Positions 23,395-36,423 of a stretch of 64,000 bases of DNA are shown here, piece by piece. The stretch spans positions 104,100,001 through 104,164,000 of the forward strand of contig NC_086108.1 in the NCBI RefSeq assembly GCF_963921235.1. Reading direction: 5' to 3'. A program made the translations under genes and the position numbers. The notes beneath the pieces are model-generated. The model did no database searches and was not told where the DNA came from. It saw nothing but the letters and a program-made list of their open reading frames with translations. This stretch comes from Mobula hypostoma. Its lineage: Eukaryota. The stretch's first letter is position 1. The number at the start of each line of letters is the position of its first letter.

Positions 23395-24455
23395 GAATTA
23401 GAATCGGATTTAATATCATCGGCATATGTTGTGAAATTTGTTAACATTGTGGCAGCAGTACAATGCAATATATGATAGAGAGAAAACTGAATTACAGCAA
23501 GTGTATGTAAATTAAATAAATAGTGCAAAAATAAAAAGTAATGAGGTTCAATGTCCATTCAGAAATTGGATGGCAGAGGGGAAGAAGCTATTCCTGAATT
23601 GTTGAGTATGTGGCTTCAGGCTTCTGTACCTCCTTCCTGATAGTAGCAATGAAAAGGGGGTGTATCCTACGTGGTGGAGGTCCTTAATGATGGATGTTGC
23701 CTTTGCGAGGCACCGCTCCTTGAGGTTGACCTGGATATTATGGAGGCTAGTGCCCATGATGGAGATGGCCAATTTCCAATTTTGCAACCCTCTGTGGCTT
23801 ACTTCGATTCTGTGCAGTAGTACCGCCCCACCCCGAGATGGTAATGCAGTGAGTTAGAATGTTCTCCACGGTACATCTGTAGAAATTTGTGAGTATTTAT
23901 GGTGACATACCAAATCTTCTCAAACTCCTAATGAACATAGCCATTCTCTTGCCTTCTTTATAGCTGTGTGATATGTTGGGTCCTCAGTGATATTGACACC
24001 TAGGAACTTGAAATTGCTCAAGTTCTCCACTCTCTCCACTTCTGATCCCACTGAGGACTGGTGTGCGTTCCGTCTTCTTATCCTTTCTGAAGTACACAAT
24101 CAGTTCTTTGGTCTTCCTGATGTTGAGTGCAAGGTTGTTGCTGCGACATCACTCAACCAGCTGGTATATCTCGGTCCTGTAAATCCTCTTGTCACCATCT
24201 GAGATTCTACCAAGAACAGTTGTATTGTTAGCAAATTTATAGATGGTGTTTGAGTTGTGCCCAGCTACACAGTCATAGGTGTAGAGTGAGTAGAGTAGTG
24301 GGCTAAGCACACAGCCCTGAGGTTTGCCAGTGTTAATTGTCAGGGAGGTGGAGATGTTACTTCCAGTTGGCACTGATTGTGGTCTCTGGTGAGGAAGTAG
24401 AGTGTCCAGTTGCAGAGGGAGGAGCAGAGGCCCAGGTTCTGGAGCTTTTCGATCA
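23395..24455 (-). mobile_element. Rex1/Babar-type LINE 3' part
   Basis: SLTINTG.PQGCVLSPLLYSLYTYDC...KFA; SIIKD.HH.G...FSLL.SGRRYRSLK...FRNSFFPSAI; (ATTCT)-type tail. Confidence 0.8.
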
Positions 24456-25152
24456 AAAGTTCATTTGAAGTGGCTAAGTTGCATCTTGAAGGTAAATGTG
24501 TGATTGTACTTTGAAAGCAATCTCCAATAAATTAACAACTTGTTCACTGAAATGTACAAGAAAATAGGCTTTAGACTGAAAATGAGAATGTTTCTTCCTG
24601 ATTTTCTAGAGGAAAGACAGCTGAGTTCAGCTCATCAGTTCGTTTATTGATGCTTCTCATTTGTGTAAACCATCTAAATAGTGCATATAATCAGGCGTCG
24701 TACAATAATCCTATATCTGTCAGGGTTGATAGCTGGTTAACTGGTAATCTTGCAAGTTCTCAGTACTCTGATTTTGTTAGGCTGCCTTTTTAAAGCCCTG
24801 TCTTGTGTGTGGCATCTGTGTGAACTAGATGTGAAATTGTTTTCTAACAATGAGATGATGAATGGGTATTTGCCAAGAGTGGCACAGCATGAGGGACCTC
24901 TTTAAAATTACAAATTATGAAGATGGCACATACAAAATGTCACCATGTTTTTCATTCTTTTTTCTCGGCGTAGTCGCAGACGTCGAGCTTTTAACTAGAT
25001 GGAAATGTTTGCACCTACCTGCTGAGATAGTTATTTAGTACATCTGTATATTGACAATAGGGTAAAGCTTTGCTTTTGGATCCAGCTTTTAAACTGAGTG
25101 GTTTGTATGTCATTGCTTTTGTAATCCCTTGATATTTCAGAAGATTCAATCA

Positions 25153-28100
25153 TCTATATACTACTAAAACTCTCATGCTCTGTTTGTCTGAGTGTGACCT
25201 CCAAATAGCGCAAACGGTGCATTACAGCGGCACTTTTTTTGGCTAAATTCAATTAAAATGCGCTAACTTACAGAATGTAGGCAAAGTTCAGGGTTATATA
25301 TTCATATAAAATTGCTCATTCGCCAAAAATCAACAGACTAGCTTTCACCTGAGAGCCGATCGGCCAAAATGGAAATTGGGATGTGACAGCTGGACGGATG
25401 CGCATGGCCAGCTTCAGCAGTGACATCTACCGGAGCAAAAGGGCAGAGCAGCTCTATTTCGAGGGGTCACATTCTGCTAATCACCATCAGCATGTGTAGG
25501 ATTGGGACAGATCCAACTGTCATCCATCAATAAGAGATAATTAAATTGGTAAAGGTGCTGAGGAAGAGGATTTCTTGGAATGTATGCGGGATGGTTTTTT
25601 GAACCAACATGTCGAGGAACCAACTAGAGAGCAGGCTATTCTGGACTGGGTTTTGAGCAATGAGGAAGGGTTAATTAGCGATCTTGTCGTGAGAGGCCCC
25701 TTGGGTAAGAGTGACCATAATATGGTGGAATTCTTCATTAAGATGGAGAGTGACATAGTTAATTCAGAAACAAAGGTTCTGAACTTAAAGAGGGGTAACT
25801 TTGAAGGTATGAGACGTGAATTAGCTAAGATAGACTGGCAAATGACACTTAAAGGATTGACGGTGGATATGCAATGGCAAGCATTTAAAGGTTGCATGGA
25901 TGAACTACAACAATTGTTCATCCCAGTTTGGCAAAAGAATAAATCAAGGAAGGTAGTGCACCTGTGGCTGACAAGAGAAATTAGGGATAGTATCAATTCC
26001 AAAGAAGAAGCATACAAATTAGCCAGAGAAAGTGGCTCACCTGAGGACTGGGAGAAATTCAGAGTTCAGCAGAGGAGGACAAAGGGCTTAATTAGGAAGG
26101 GGAAAAAAGATTTGAGAGAAAACTGGCAGGGAACATAAAAACTGACTGTAAAAGCTTTTATAGATATGTAAAAAGGAAAAGACTGGTAAAGACAAATGTA
26201 GGTCCCCTGCAGACAGAAACAGGTGAATTGATTAAGGGGAGCAAGGACATGGCAGACCAACTGGATAATTACTTTGGTTCTGTCTTCACTAAGGAGGACA
26301 TAAATAATCTTCCAGAAATAGTAGGGGACAGAGGGTCCAGTGGGATGGAGGAACTGAGCGAAATACATGTTAGTAGGGAAGTGGTGTTAGGTAAATTGAA
26401 GGGATTGAAGGCAGATAAATCCCCAGGGCCAGATGGTCTGCATCCTAGAGTGCTTAAGGAAGTAGCCCAAGAAATAGTGGATGCATTAGTGATAATTTTT
26501 CAAAACTCGTTAGATTCTGGACTAGTTCCTGAGGATTGGAGGGTGGCTAATGTAACTCCACTTTTTAAAAAAGGAGGGAGAGAGAAACCGGGGAATTATA
26601 GACCGGTTAGCCTAACGTCGGTGGTGGGGAAACTGCTGGAGTCAGTTATCAAGGATGTGATAACAGCACATTTGGAAAGCGGTGAAATGATCGGACAAAG
26701 TCAGCATGGATTTGTGAAAGGAAAATCATGTCTGACGAATCTCATAGAATTTTTTGAGGATGTAACTAGTAGAGTGGATAGGGGAGAACCAGTGGATGTG
26801 GTATATTTGGATTTTCAAAAGGCTTTTGACAAGGTCCCACACAGGAGATTAGTGTGCAAACTTAAAGCACACGGTATTGGGGGTAAGGTATTGGTGTGGG
26901 TGGAGAATTGGTTAGTAGACAGGAAGCAAAGAGTGGGAATAAACGGGACCTTTTCAGAATGGCAGGCGGTGACTAGTGGGGTACCGCAAGGCTCAGTGCT
27001 GGGACCCCAGTTGTTTACAATATATATTAATGACTTGGATGAGGGAATTAAATGCAGCATCTCCAAGTTTGCGGATGACACGAAGCTGGGTGGCAGTGTT
27101 AGCAGTGAGGAGGATGCTAAAAGGATGCAGGGTGACTTGGATAGGTTGGGTGAGTGGGAAAATTCATGGCAGATGCAATTTAATGTGGATAAATGTGAAG
27201 TTATCCACTTTGGTGGCAGAAGTAGGAAAACAGATTATTATCTGAATGGTGGCCGATTAGGAAAAGGGGAGGTGCAACGAGACCTGGGTGTCATTATACA
27301 CCAGTCATTGAAAGTGGGCATGCAGGTACAGCAGGTGGTGAAAAAGGCGAATGGTATGCTGGCATTTATAGCGAGAGGATTCGAGTACAGGAGCAGGGAG
27401 GTACTACTGCAGTTGTACAAGGCCTTGGTGAGACCACACCTGGAGTATTGTGTGCAGTTTTGGTCCTCTAATCTGAGGAAAGACATCCTTGCCATAGAGG
27501 GAGTACAAAGAAGGTTCACCAGATTGATTCCTGGGATGGCAGGACTTTCATATGAAGAAAGACTGGATGAACTGGGCTTGTACTCATTGGAATTTAGAAG
27601 ATTGAGGGGGGATCTGATTGAAACGTATAAGATCCTAAAGGGATTGGACAGGCTAGATGCAGGAAGATTGTTCCCGATGTTGGGGAAGTCCAGAACGAGG
27701 GGCCACAGTTTGAGGATAGAGGGGAAGCCTTTTAGGACCGAGATGAGGAAAAACTTCTTCACACAGAGAGTGGTGAATCTGTGGAATTCTCTGCCACAGG
27801 AAACAGTTGAGGCCAGTTCATTGGCTATATTTAAGAGGGAGTTAGATATGGCCCTTGTGGTTACGGGGGTCAGGGGGTATGGAGGGAAGGCTGGGGCGGG
27901 GTTCTGAGTTGGAGGATCAGCCATGATCATAATAAATGGTGGTGCAGGCTTGAAGGGCCAAATGGCCTACTCCTGCACCTATTTTCTATGTTTCTATGTT
28001 AAATCTTATTGTAATGATGTACTTGGAGACACCCACAAAACCCTTTGCTGCAGTCAAAGGACAGCGGTGACTATATCACGTCCATTTAGGAGAGCGCCAA

Positions 28101-28684
28101 CCACATCATCAAGAATAATCAGCATCCTTTGGTGTTAGTGCTTCGTATCTTCAATCCAGCATTGGGGTTAAAAAAAAATGATCAGCCTAATTATGCCGCG
28201 TGGAAAAGGGGGGCATTATGGTCAAGAGATGACGCCAAACGTCGTCAGGAAGTGGCAAGGAAAGGGAGAGAACAAGAATCGGATGAGGCCAGGGCTGCAC
28301 GACTCCGGAATCAGAGTCAGGACAAAAAAAGATGCGAGAAGAAGAGACAGGAGGAGAGACATGCATGTCTCCAGGATCAGAGACAAATAACAAACAGCTG
28401 AAGAGATGGGGGATGAAAGGACTGCGCGTCTCCAGAATGACAATGAGAGGCACAAGGGTGGCAGATAAATCAGAAATGATACCATCAAAAGTGTCTTTCA
28501 TTAAATGAGGAGGAGCTATATTTGGTTTGCTACGTGTCATTCTTCTTTAATAAACTGAGGTTTTCTACTTCCGTTTCCAAAGCGATACCAATAGCATCAG
28601 GAAAATTTAATGTTCATTCTGGTCACATCAGATTGCACTACCCTTCTCTCAAAGGGTGCCCCAACGGGTCACCCTGTTGTCTAG
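25153..28684 (+). mobile_element. Non-autonomous Helitron interrupted by a CR1 insertion
   Basis: 5' end A|TCTATATACTACTAAAA. 3' hairpin AGGGTGCCCCAACGGGTCACCCT (28653-28675) followed by CTAG|T. An internal charged remnant (RDDAKRRQEVAR...ESDEARAARL) resembles Helitron RepHel N-termini. Confidence 0.75.
25543..27998 (+). mobile_element. Young 5'-truncated CR1 LINE (end of APE and complete RT, one frameshift)
   Basis: ORFs 25575-26138 and 26228-27907 (PGPDG, YRPVSLTS, YLDFQKAFDKVPH, GVPQGSVLGP, KFADDTK); (TTTCTATG)n tail; possible TTAAAT TSD. Confidence 0.95.
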
Positions 28685-29059
28685 TTGTGTTTAAAATGGA
28701 GCCTGACTGCTTGAGCCTGTTGGTAGTTGGTTTTGAATTGAATGATTCTTTATTACTGCTCATTAATGCAAATATCCAATCAGCCAATCATGTGGCAGCA
28801 ACTCTATGCATCAGACATGATGAAGAGGTTCAGTTGTTCAGATCAAACATCAGAATTGGGAAGAAATGTGATCTAAATGACTTCGACTGTGGAATGATTG
28901 TTGGTGCCAGATGGGGTGGTTTGAGTATCTCAGAAACTGGTGATTTTCTTGCACAAGGGTCTGTGCAGTTTACACAGAATGGTGTGTAAAACAAAAATAA
29001 GACAAGTGAGTAGCTGTTTTGTAGGCAAAGATGCCTTGTTAATGAGTAAGATCAGAGGA

Positions 29060-32000
29060 GAATGGTGATACTGGTTGAAGCTGACAGATGTGTCAGATGT
29101 GGGAATCTGGGAGACCTCCAGCTTCCCTGATGGCCACATCTGCACCAGGTGCACCGAGATGCAGCTCCTCAGAGACCGTGTTAGGGATCTGGAGCTGCAG
29201 CTTGATGACCTACTGCTTATTAGGGAAAGTGAAGAGGTGATAGACAGGAGCTACAGGGAGTTAGTCATCCCTAGGCTACAAGGGTCAGAAAACTGGGTGA
29301 CTGTCAGGAGAGGGAAGGAAAATGCTCGGATAGTGGAGAGCACCCCTGTGGCTGTGCCCCTCAGCAACAAATATTTTGTTCTGGATGCTGTTGAGGGGGA
29401 TGACCTGACAGGGGACGCCCACGGTGGCCGGGTCTCTGGCACTGAGCCTGGCGCTGTTGTGCAGGAGGGAGAGGAGGAATGTGGTAGTCATAGGGGATTC
29501 CATAGTCAGGGGAACAGACAGGAGATTCTGTTATCCAACACTGCAGGTTCATGCCGAACCTCCTGAATGTCCCAGTCAATATTTCTCAAATAAGCCTCGA
29601 TGACTGGCTGCGGAGAAGGCTCACTATATTTGGGTCTTTTAGACTCCCAGGATTCAAAGTCTTTCTTCCATGGCAACAGGGCTACGGTAGGAAACTTTGT
29701 CACATGGTGTGAGCAGAATTATCAGCAGCTTAATGTGAAAAAGACTAAGGAGCTGGTGGTAGACCTGAGGAGAGCTAAGGTACCGGTGACCCGTTTCCAT
29801 CCAGGGGGTCAGTGTGGACATGGTGGAGGATTACAAATACCTGGGGATATGAATTGACAATAAACTGGACTGGTCAAAGAGCACTGAGGCTGTCTACAAG
29901 AAGGGTCAGAGCCGTCTCTATTTCCTGAGGAGACTGAGGTCCTTTAACATCTGCCGGGAGATGCTGAGGATGTTCTACGAGTCTGTGGTGGCCAGTGCTA
30001 TCATGTTTGCTGTTGTGTGCTGGGGCAGCAGGCTGAGGGTAGCAGACACCAACAGAATCAACAAACTCATTCGTAAGGCCAGTGATGTTGTGGGGATGGA
30101 ACTGGACTCTCTGACGGTGGTGTCTGAAAAGAGGATGCTGTCCAAGTTGCATGCCATCTTGGTCAGTGTCTCCCATCCACTACATAATGTACTGGTTGGG
30201 CACAGGACTACATTCAGCCAGAGACTCATTCCACTGAGATGCAGCACAGAGTGTCATAGGAAGTCATTCCTGCCTGTGGCCATCAAACTTTACAACTCCT
30301 TCCTTGGAGGGTCAGACACCCTGAGCCAATAGACTGGTCCTGGACTTATTTCCTGGTATAATTTACATATTACTATTTAACTATTTATGGTTTTATTACT
30401 ATTTATCATTTATGGTGCAACTGTAATGAAAACCATTTTCCCCCAGGATCAATAAAGTATGACTATGAGCCTGATAGAGATACCCGCATGGTGTGTTGCC
30501 TCCCAGGTGCCAGAGTACGGGATGTCTTGGATCGGGTCCAGAATATTCTGAAGGGAGAGGGCGAACAGCCAGTTGTCTTGGTACATGTTGGTACCAATGA
30601 CATAGATAGGAGAAGGGAGGAGGTCCTGAAGAGAGATTTCCAGGAGTTAGGAAGGAAACTAAGAAGCAGGACCTCCAGGGTAGTAACCTCTTCTAGGGGA
30701 AGTATGACCTGTTCCAAATGGACAGGTTACACCTGAACCTGAAGGGGACCAATATCCGGGCGAGAAGGTTTAATAGAGCTGTTAGGGAGGGTTTAAACTA
30801 ATTTGGCAGGGGGGTGGGAACCGGAATGATAGAGCGGAGGAAGGGGAAAATAGAAATAAATCTAAGATAGTGAGCAGTAAAGAGCAGGAAGGACAGGCAG
30901 GTGATGGGGCAAATTTGCAGCCATTGGGATGAGTTGCAATGCAATAAAGTTGCAGTGCAATCAAAGCAAGAGGTACCAGATACTGGTCTTAATGTGTTAT
31001 ACTTAAATGCACGCAGCATAAGGAGTAAGGTGGATGATCTTGTCGGACAGTTACAGATTTGGCAGGTATGATATTGTGGCCATCACTGAGATGTGGCTAA
31101 AGGATGCATGTCTGTGGGAGCTGTACATCCAAGGATACATGGTGTATTGGAAGGATAGGAAGGCAGAAAGAGGGGGTGGCGTGGCTTTATTGGTAAGAAA
31201 TGATATCAAATCATTAGAAAGAGGTGACATAGGATCAGAAGGTGCAGAATCTTTATGGGTTGGTCTAAGAAATCGCAGGAGTAAAAAGACCCTGATGGCA
31301 GTTATATACAGGCCTCCAAACAGCTGCAGTAATGTGGACTACAAATTACAACAGGAAATAGAAAAGGCTTGTCAGAAGGGCAGTGTTATGATAATTGTGG
31401 AGGATTTTAACATGCGAGTGGAATGGGAAAATCAGGTCGGCACTGGATCTTGAGAGAGAATTTGTAGAATGTCTGTGAGATGGCTTTTTAGAACAGCTTG
31501 TTGTTGAGCCCACTCGGGGATCGGCTGTACTGGATTGGGTATTGGATTGATGCCACTCTGCTATTTAAGAAGGGGGCAAGGAAGCAAAAAGGAAATTATA
31601 GACCTGTTAGCTTGACATCGGTGGTTGGGAAGTTGTTGGAGTTGATTGTCAAGGATGAGGTTACGGAGTACCTGGAGGCATATGACAAGATGGGCAGAAC
31701 TCAGCATGGTTTCCTTAAAGGAAAATCCTGCCTGACAAACCTATTACAATTTTTTGAGGAAATTACAAATAGTCTAGACAAGGGAGATGTAGTGGATGTT
31801 GTATATATGGATTTCCAGAAGGCCTTTGACAAGGTGCCACACATGAGGCTACTTAACAAGATAAGAGTCCATGGAATTACAGGAAAGTTACATACGTGGA
31901 TAGGGCGTTGGCTGATTGGCAGTAAACAGAGAGTGGGAATGAAGGGATCCTATTCTGGTTGGCTGCCAGTTACCAGTGGTGTTCCACAGGGGTCTGCGTT

Positions 32001-32985
32001 GGGGCTGCTTTTTACATTGTACATCAACGATTTGGATTATGGAATAGGTAGCTTTGTGGCTAAGTTTGCTGATGATACAAAGATATGTGGAGGGGCCGGT
32101 AGTGCTGAGGAAACAGAGTCTGCAGAGAGACTTGGCTGGATTGGAAGAATGGGCAAAGAAGTGGCAAATGAAATACAATGTTGGAAAGTGTATGGTTATG
32201 CACTGACAGAAGAAATAAATGGGCAGACTGTTATTTAAATGGGTAGAGAATTCAGAGTTCTGAGATGCAACGAGACTTCGGAGTCCTCGTGCAGGATACC
32301 CTCAAGGTTAACCTCCAGGTTGAGTCAGTGGTGAAGAAGACGAATGCAATGTTGGCATTCATTTCTAGAGGAATAGAGTATAGGAGCAGGGATGTGATGT
32401 TGAGGCTCTATAAGGCGCTGGTGAGACTTCACTTGGAGTACTGTGGGCAGTTTTGGTCTCCTTATTTAAGAAAGGATGTGCTGACGTTGGAGAGGGTACA
32501 GAGAAGATTCACTAGAATGATTCCAGGAATGAGAGGGTCAACATATGAGGAACGTTTGTCCGCTCTTGGACTGTATTCCTTGGAGTTTAGAAGAATGAGG
32601 CGGGACCTCGTAGAAACATTTTGAATGTTGAAAGGCATGGACAGAGTGGATGTGGCAAAGTTGTTTCCCATGATGGGGGAGTCTAGTACGAGAGGGCATA
32701 ACTTAAGGATTGAAGGGCGCCCATTCAGAACAGAGATGTGAAGAAAATTTTTTTTGCCAGAGTGTGGTGAATCTATGGAATTTGTTGCCACGGGCGGCAG
32801 TGGAGGCCAAGTCATTGGGTGTATTTAAGGCAGAGATTGATAGGTATCTGAGTAGCCAGGGCATCAAAGGTTATGGTGAGAAGGCGGGGGAGTGGGACTA
32901 AATGGAGAATGGATCAGCTCATGATAAAATGGCGGAGCAGACTCGATGGGCCGAATGGCTGACTTCTGCTCCTTATGGCCTTATG
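29060..32985 (+). mobile_element. Decayed near-full-length CR1 (ORF1 zinc finger, coiled coil and SGNH esterase; ORF2 APE-RT), inserted in a Tc1-like MITE
   Basis: WE.SS.PDGHICTRC...LRDRVRDLELQLDDL; MVCCLPGARVRDV...HVGTNDI; APE (YLNARSI, ITEMWL, IYRPP); RT motifs in 31498-32238. Flanks 28760-29055 and 32990-33150 look like Tc1 remnants ending AAGTGGCCACTGAGTGTA. Confidence 0.85.
29530..30468 (+). mobile_element. Rex1/Babar-type LINE 3' fragment inserted in CR1 ORF1
   Basis: LNVKKTKELVVD; RLYFLRRLRSF; MFYESVVASAI.FAVVCWG...RKSFLPVAIKLYN; AATAAAG(TATGAC)n tail. CR1 ORF1 resumes at about 30468. Confidence 0.8.
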
Positions 32986-33499
32986 GAAAGCTGACAGTAA
33001 CTAAATTAAGTACATTTACAATAGTGGTGTGAAAAAGAGCAGCTCTGAATGCACAACAGGTTGAGCCCTGAAGTGAATGGACTACAGCAGCAGAACTCTG
33101 CACTGGGTTCTATTCCTGTACCTAAAAAAAAAGTGGCCACTGAGTGTACGTTTTTGTAAAACTCTTGGGTGGAGACCATGATCAAGTCGTTTTAATTATA
33201 TTCCTGAGTCATTTAACACAACTACAAACTGTTCCATTGTGGGGTTAATACAGAGTGAGGGGCCATGACTAAAGGTCGTAGGTGAGAAGTGACATCGGGG
33301 AGCTGCTGGAGAACTCTTCCCTGTAAAGGCAATTGGTGCTGGGACTATTGTAACTTTTAAGACTGGGGTCACCTACATAATTGGCAACTGTGCTATGGCT
33401 TAAAAAATAAGTTACTGCAACCGAATGTATTAACCATGAATATAGAAGTTTTACACTTTTTCTTTATATTTTTATTATGAATAAATGTGGGGGGGAAAG

Positions 33500-33740
33500 T
33501 GAGCAACACAATGCTGGAGGAACTCAGCAGATCAGGCAGCATCTATGCAAATGAATAACCAGTCAATGTTTTGGGCTGAGACCCTTCATCAGCACTGGGA
33601 AGGAAGGGAGAAGGAGACAATAAGAAGGTGGGAGATGGGGAAGGAGTACAAACCGGATGAGGGAGGGGTGATGAAGTGAGAAGTTGGGAGAGGATAGGTG
33701 GTGGAGAAGAAAGAATCTGTTAGAGAAGAATGGACCAGGC
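33500..33740 (-). mobile_element. PLE pLTR fragment
   Basis: Reverse-complement family tail and decayed hammerhead (CTGATGA-AGGGTCTCAGCCC-AAAAC). A similar copy lies at about 42310-42570. Confidence 0.7.
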
Positions 33741-35544
33741 AAAAATATTTCAGAGTCAAGGAACAAAATGACCAACCATGACTTAAGTGTACAGTGAGTG
33801 AGTTAGTTCGAAGTAGATAAATGCGCCGTTGTTTCTATATTTTTCAGTTTCTTGAGCTATTGAGCTGCTATCGGGCTGGGGAGGACTAACTGTAGCTGTA
33901 ATAACAGTGCATATTGTCCCTTTAAAAAGAACAAACCCTATGTGTAGTTCGTGTACTTTATCACTATACCTTGTTAGATGAACTAGTTTTATTTAGAGAT
34001 ACAGCAAGGAATGAGCCCTTCCAGCTCTTCAAGCCATGCCACCTACAACCCACTGATTTACCCTTGGATTAATCATGGGACAATTTGCAATGATCAATTA
34101 ACCTACTAACCAGTACATCTTTGGACTGTGATAGCAGCTTAAAGTGATCTCCAGACATGGTTTAAATCTGCAGAGACATTATTCCATTGTATCATCTGAT
34201 ATTGGTCACAGCTGCTGTGCATGATGTATAATTTTTGCTTCAGTTTTTCTTGGATCCCAGTGGCCATGCTGTGAACATTGAGTGTGACTAATTTGATTCT
34301 GTAAATATGATTTCCACTAACCAATTATATAGTAATCTAGTTGCCTATTTTATAGTGATCACTGCTTGTTCAGGTGCAGATTAATCATTTTTTTCCCAGT
34401 ATTTTCTCTACCATTTAGCCTGTTAGCAATTTCCATATCCCAAAAATCAATAATTTAAAAGCCTACTTATTAATAACTTCTAGACTTTGGGGGAGGGGAA
34501 GAAAGAATGCAAGTTAGAGGAACTGGTTAGCTAAATGTTTCAGATGTTGTGGTTTGTTGGTTTGCCAATGTTTGCATCTGCACACTAAATAGTTCCAGCA
34601 AATTATGACATTGACAATGCACTCAGTGATGGGTAGAGCATCATTTTTATTGCGTGTTCCTACAGAAATGGCAGATGCAATATGGGTGTTTAGATTTTCA
34701 TTGCTGTTGTCTTGAATTTGCATGCATTTATATTTGAACTGCAGCAGGGAATCAAATTTAGTTAGGTGAACATAAGCACATGCTGAAACTGGAGAGGGTT
34801 CAAAGGAGCTTCATGAAAATAATTCCAGTATTGAATGGCTTGTCATATGAAGAGCATCTGATGGCTCTGGACCTGTATTCACTAGAATTCATAAGAATGA
34901 GGGGTGACTATTGCCCGGTAACACTCACATCTACAGTGATGAAATGCTTTGAGAGGTTGGTCATGACTAGACTGAACTCCTGCCTCAGCAAGGATCTGGA
35001 CCCATTGCAATTTGCCTTTCACCACAATAGGTCAATGGCAGATGCAATCTCAATGGCTCTCCACATGGCTGTACACCACCTGGACAACACAAGCACCTAT
35101 GACAGGAAGCTGTTCGTTGACTATAGCTCAGCATTTAATACCATCATTCCCACAATCCTGATTGAGAAGTTGCAGAACCTTGGCCTCTGTACCTCCCTCT
35201 GCAATTGGATCCTCGACTTCCTAACCGGAAGACCACAATCAAAGATTGGTGATAACATCTCCTCTTTGCCGGCAATCAACACTGGCATACCTCGGGTGTG
35301 TGCTTAGCTCACTGCTCTACTCTATATATACTCATGACTGTGTGGCTAGGCTTAGCTCAAATACCATCTATAAATTAGCTGATGATACAACCATTGTTGG
35401 TAGAGTCTCAGTTGGTGACGAGAGGGCGTACAGGAGTGAGATATACCAACTAGAGAAGTGGTTTTGCAGCAACAACCTGGCATTCAACGTCAGTAAGACG
35501 AAAGAACACATACCAATCCTCATAGAGGGATCAGAAGTAGAGAG

Positions 35545-36255
35545 TGTAAATGTAACTTTGCTGGATCAAATAACGACAGCACAAAAAGATTGTTACTTAT
35601 CTTTTCACCCATTTATTTCTTCGAGCTCAGCCGGCGAGTGAACTTAGACCCAACATCAGGGAGAGATCCTTTCTTATCTCCCCGGCGGTTCTACAAGTTC
35701 ACTGCCTGATGTCAGAATTGTCAGAAGTTATAAGGCCACTGATACAAAAGAACAATCAGTTTGATAACTATTCCGGCCAAGTCAATGGACTATTGATACA
35801 GAGAACAATCAGTTTGGTAACCATTCCGGTCAAGTCAATGGACTATTGATACAGAGAACAATCAGTTTGATAACTATTCCGGCCAAGTCAATGGACTGTT
35901 GATACAAAAGTACAATCAATTTGTTAGACACTCCAGCCGCCTTAAATAAAAAGGGAATGTCCTACCTGGTTTGCTGGAGCCACAACTTAATGACAAAGAT
36001 AAGAACATCCGTCAAATTTGTGCTTTAATTAAGAAAGGAATGTTCTGTCTAATTTCCATCAGCTACTGCTTTTTGTCAAAATCAAAAGGTGCGAAAAGCC
36101 CAGAGACATCTATGCGGATCTGGGCAAACTTTAATCATCTTGCTCCTAAGAAGGCAGCTGTGAGACATTATTCAAACACACCGCAGTCACAGACATAGTA
36201 CTTAATTCATTGTTTACAGGGATCTGAGAATCCCCCATTTCCTTAAACTTTATCA
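35545..36255 (-). mobile_element. Solo LTR (711 bp, TG...CA, AGAG TSD) with internal 53-bp tandem repeats
   Basis: AGAG at 35541-35544 and 36256-36259. Repeats start at 35741, 35795, 35848 and 35901. Minus-strand TATAA near 35730 and AATAAA near 35615. Confidence 0.75.
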
Positions 36256-36423
36256 AGAGGAGTGAGCAGCTTCAAGTTCCTGGGTGTCAAGATCTCTGGG
36301 GATCTAACCTGGTCCCAACATATTGATGTAGTTATAAAGAAGGCAAGGCAGTGGCTATACTTTATCTGGAGTTTGAAGAGATTTGGCATGTCAACAAATA
36401 CACTGAAAAACCTCTATTTAGAT

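Noticed and set aside
27238..27930. 230-aa antisense ORF (also at 36493-37185)
   Set aside because: It is the shadow frame of the CR1 RT, repeated only because the element is repeated.
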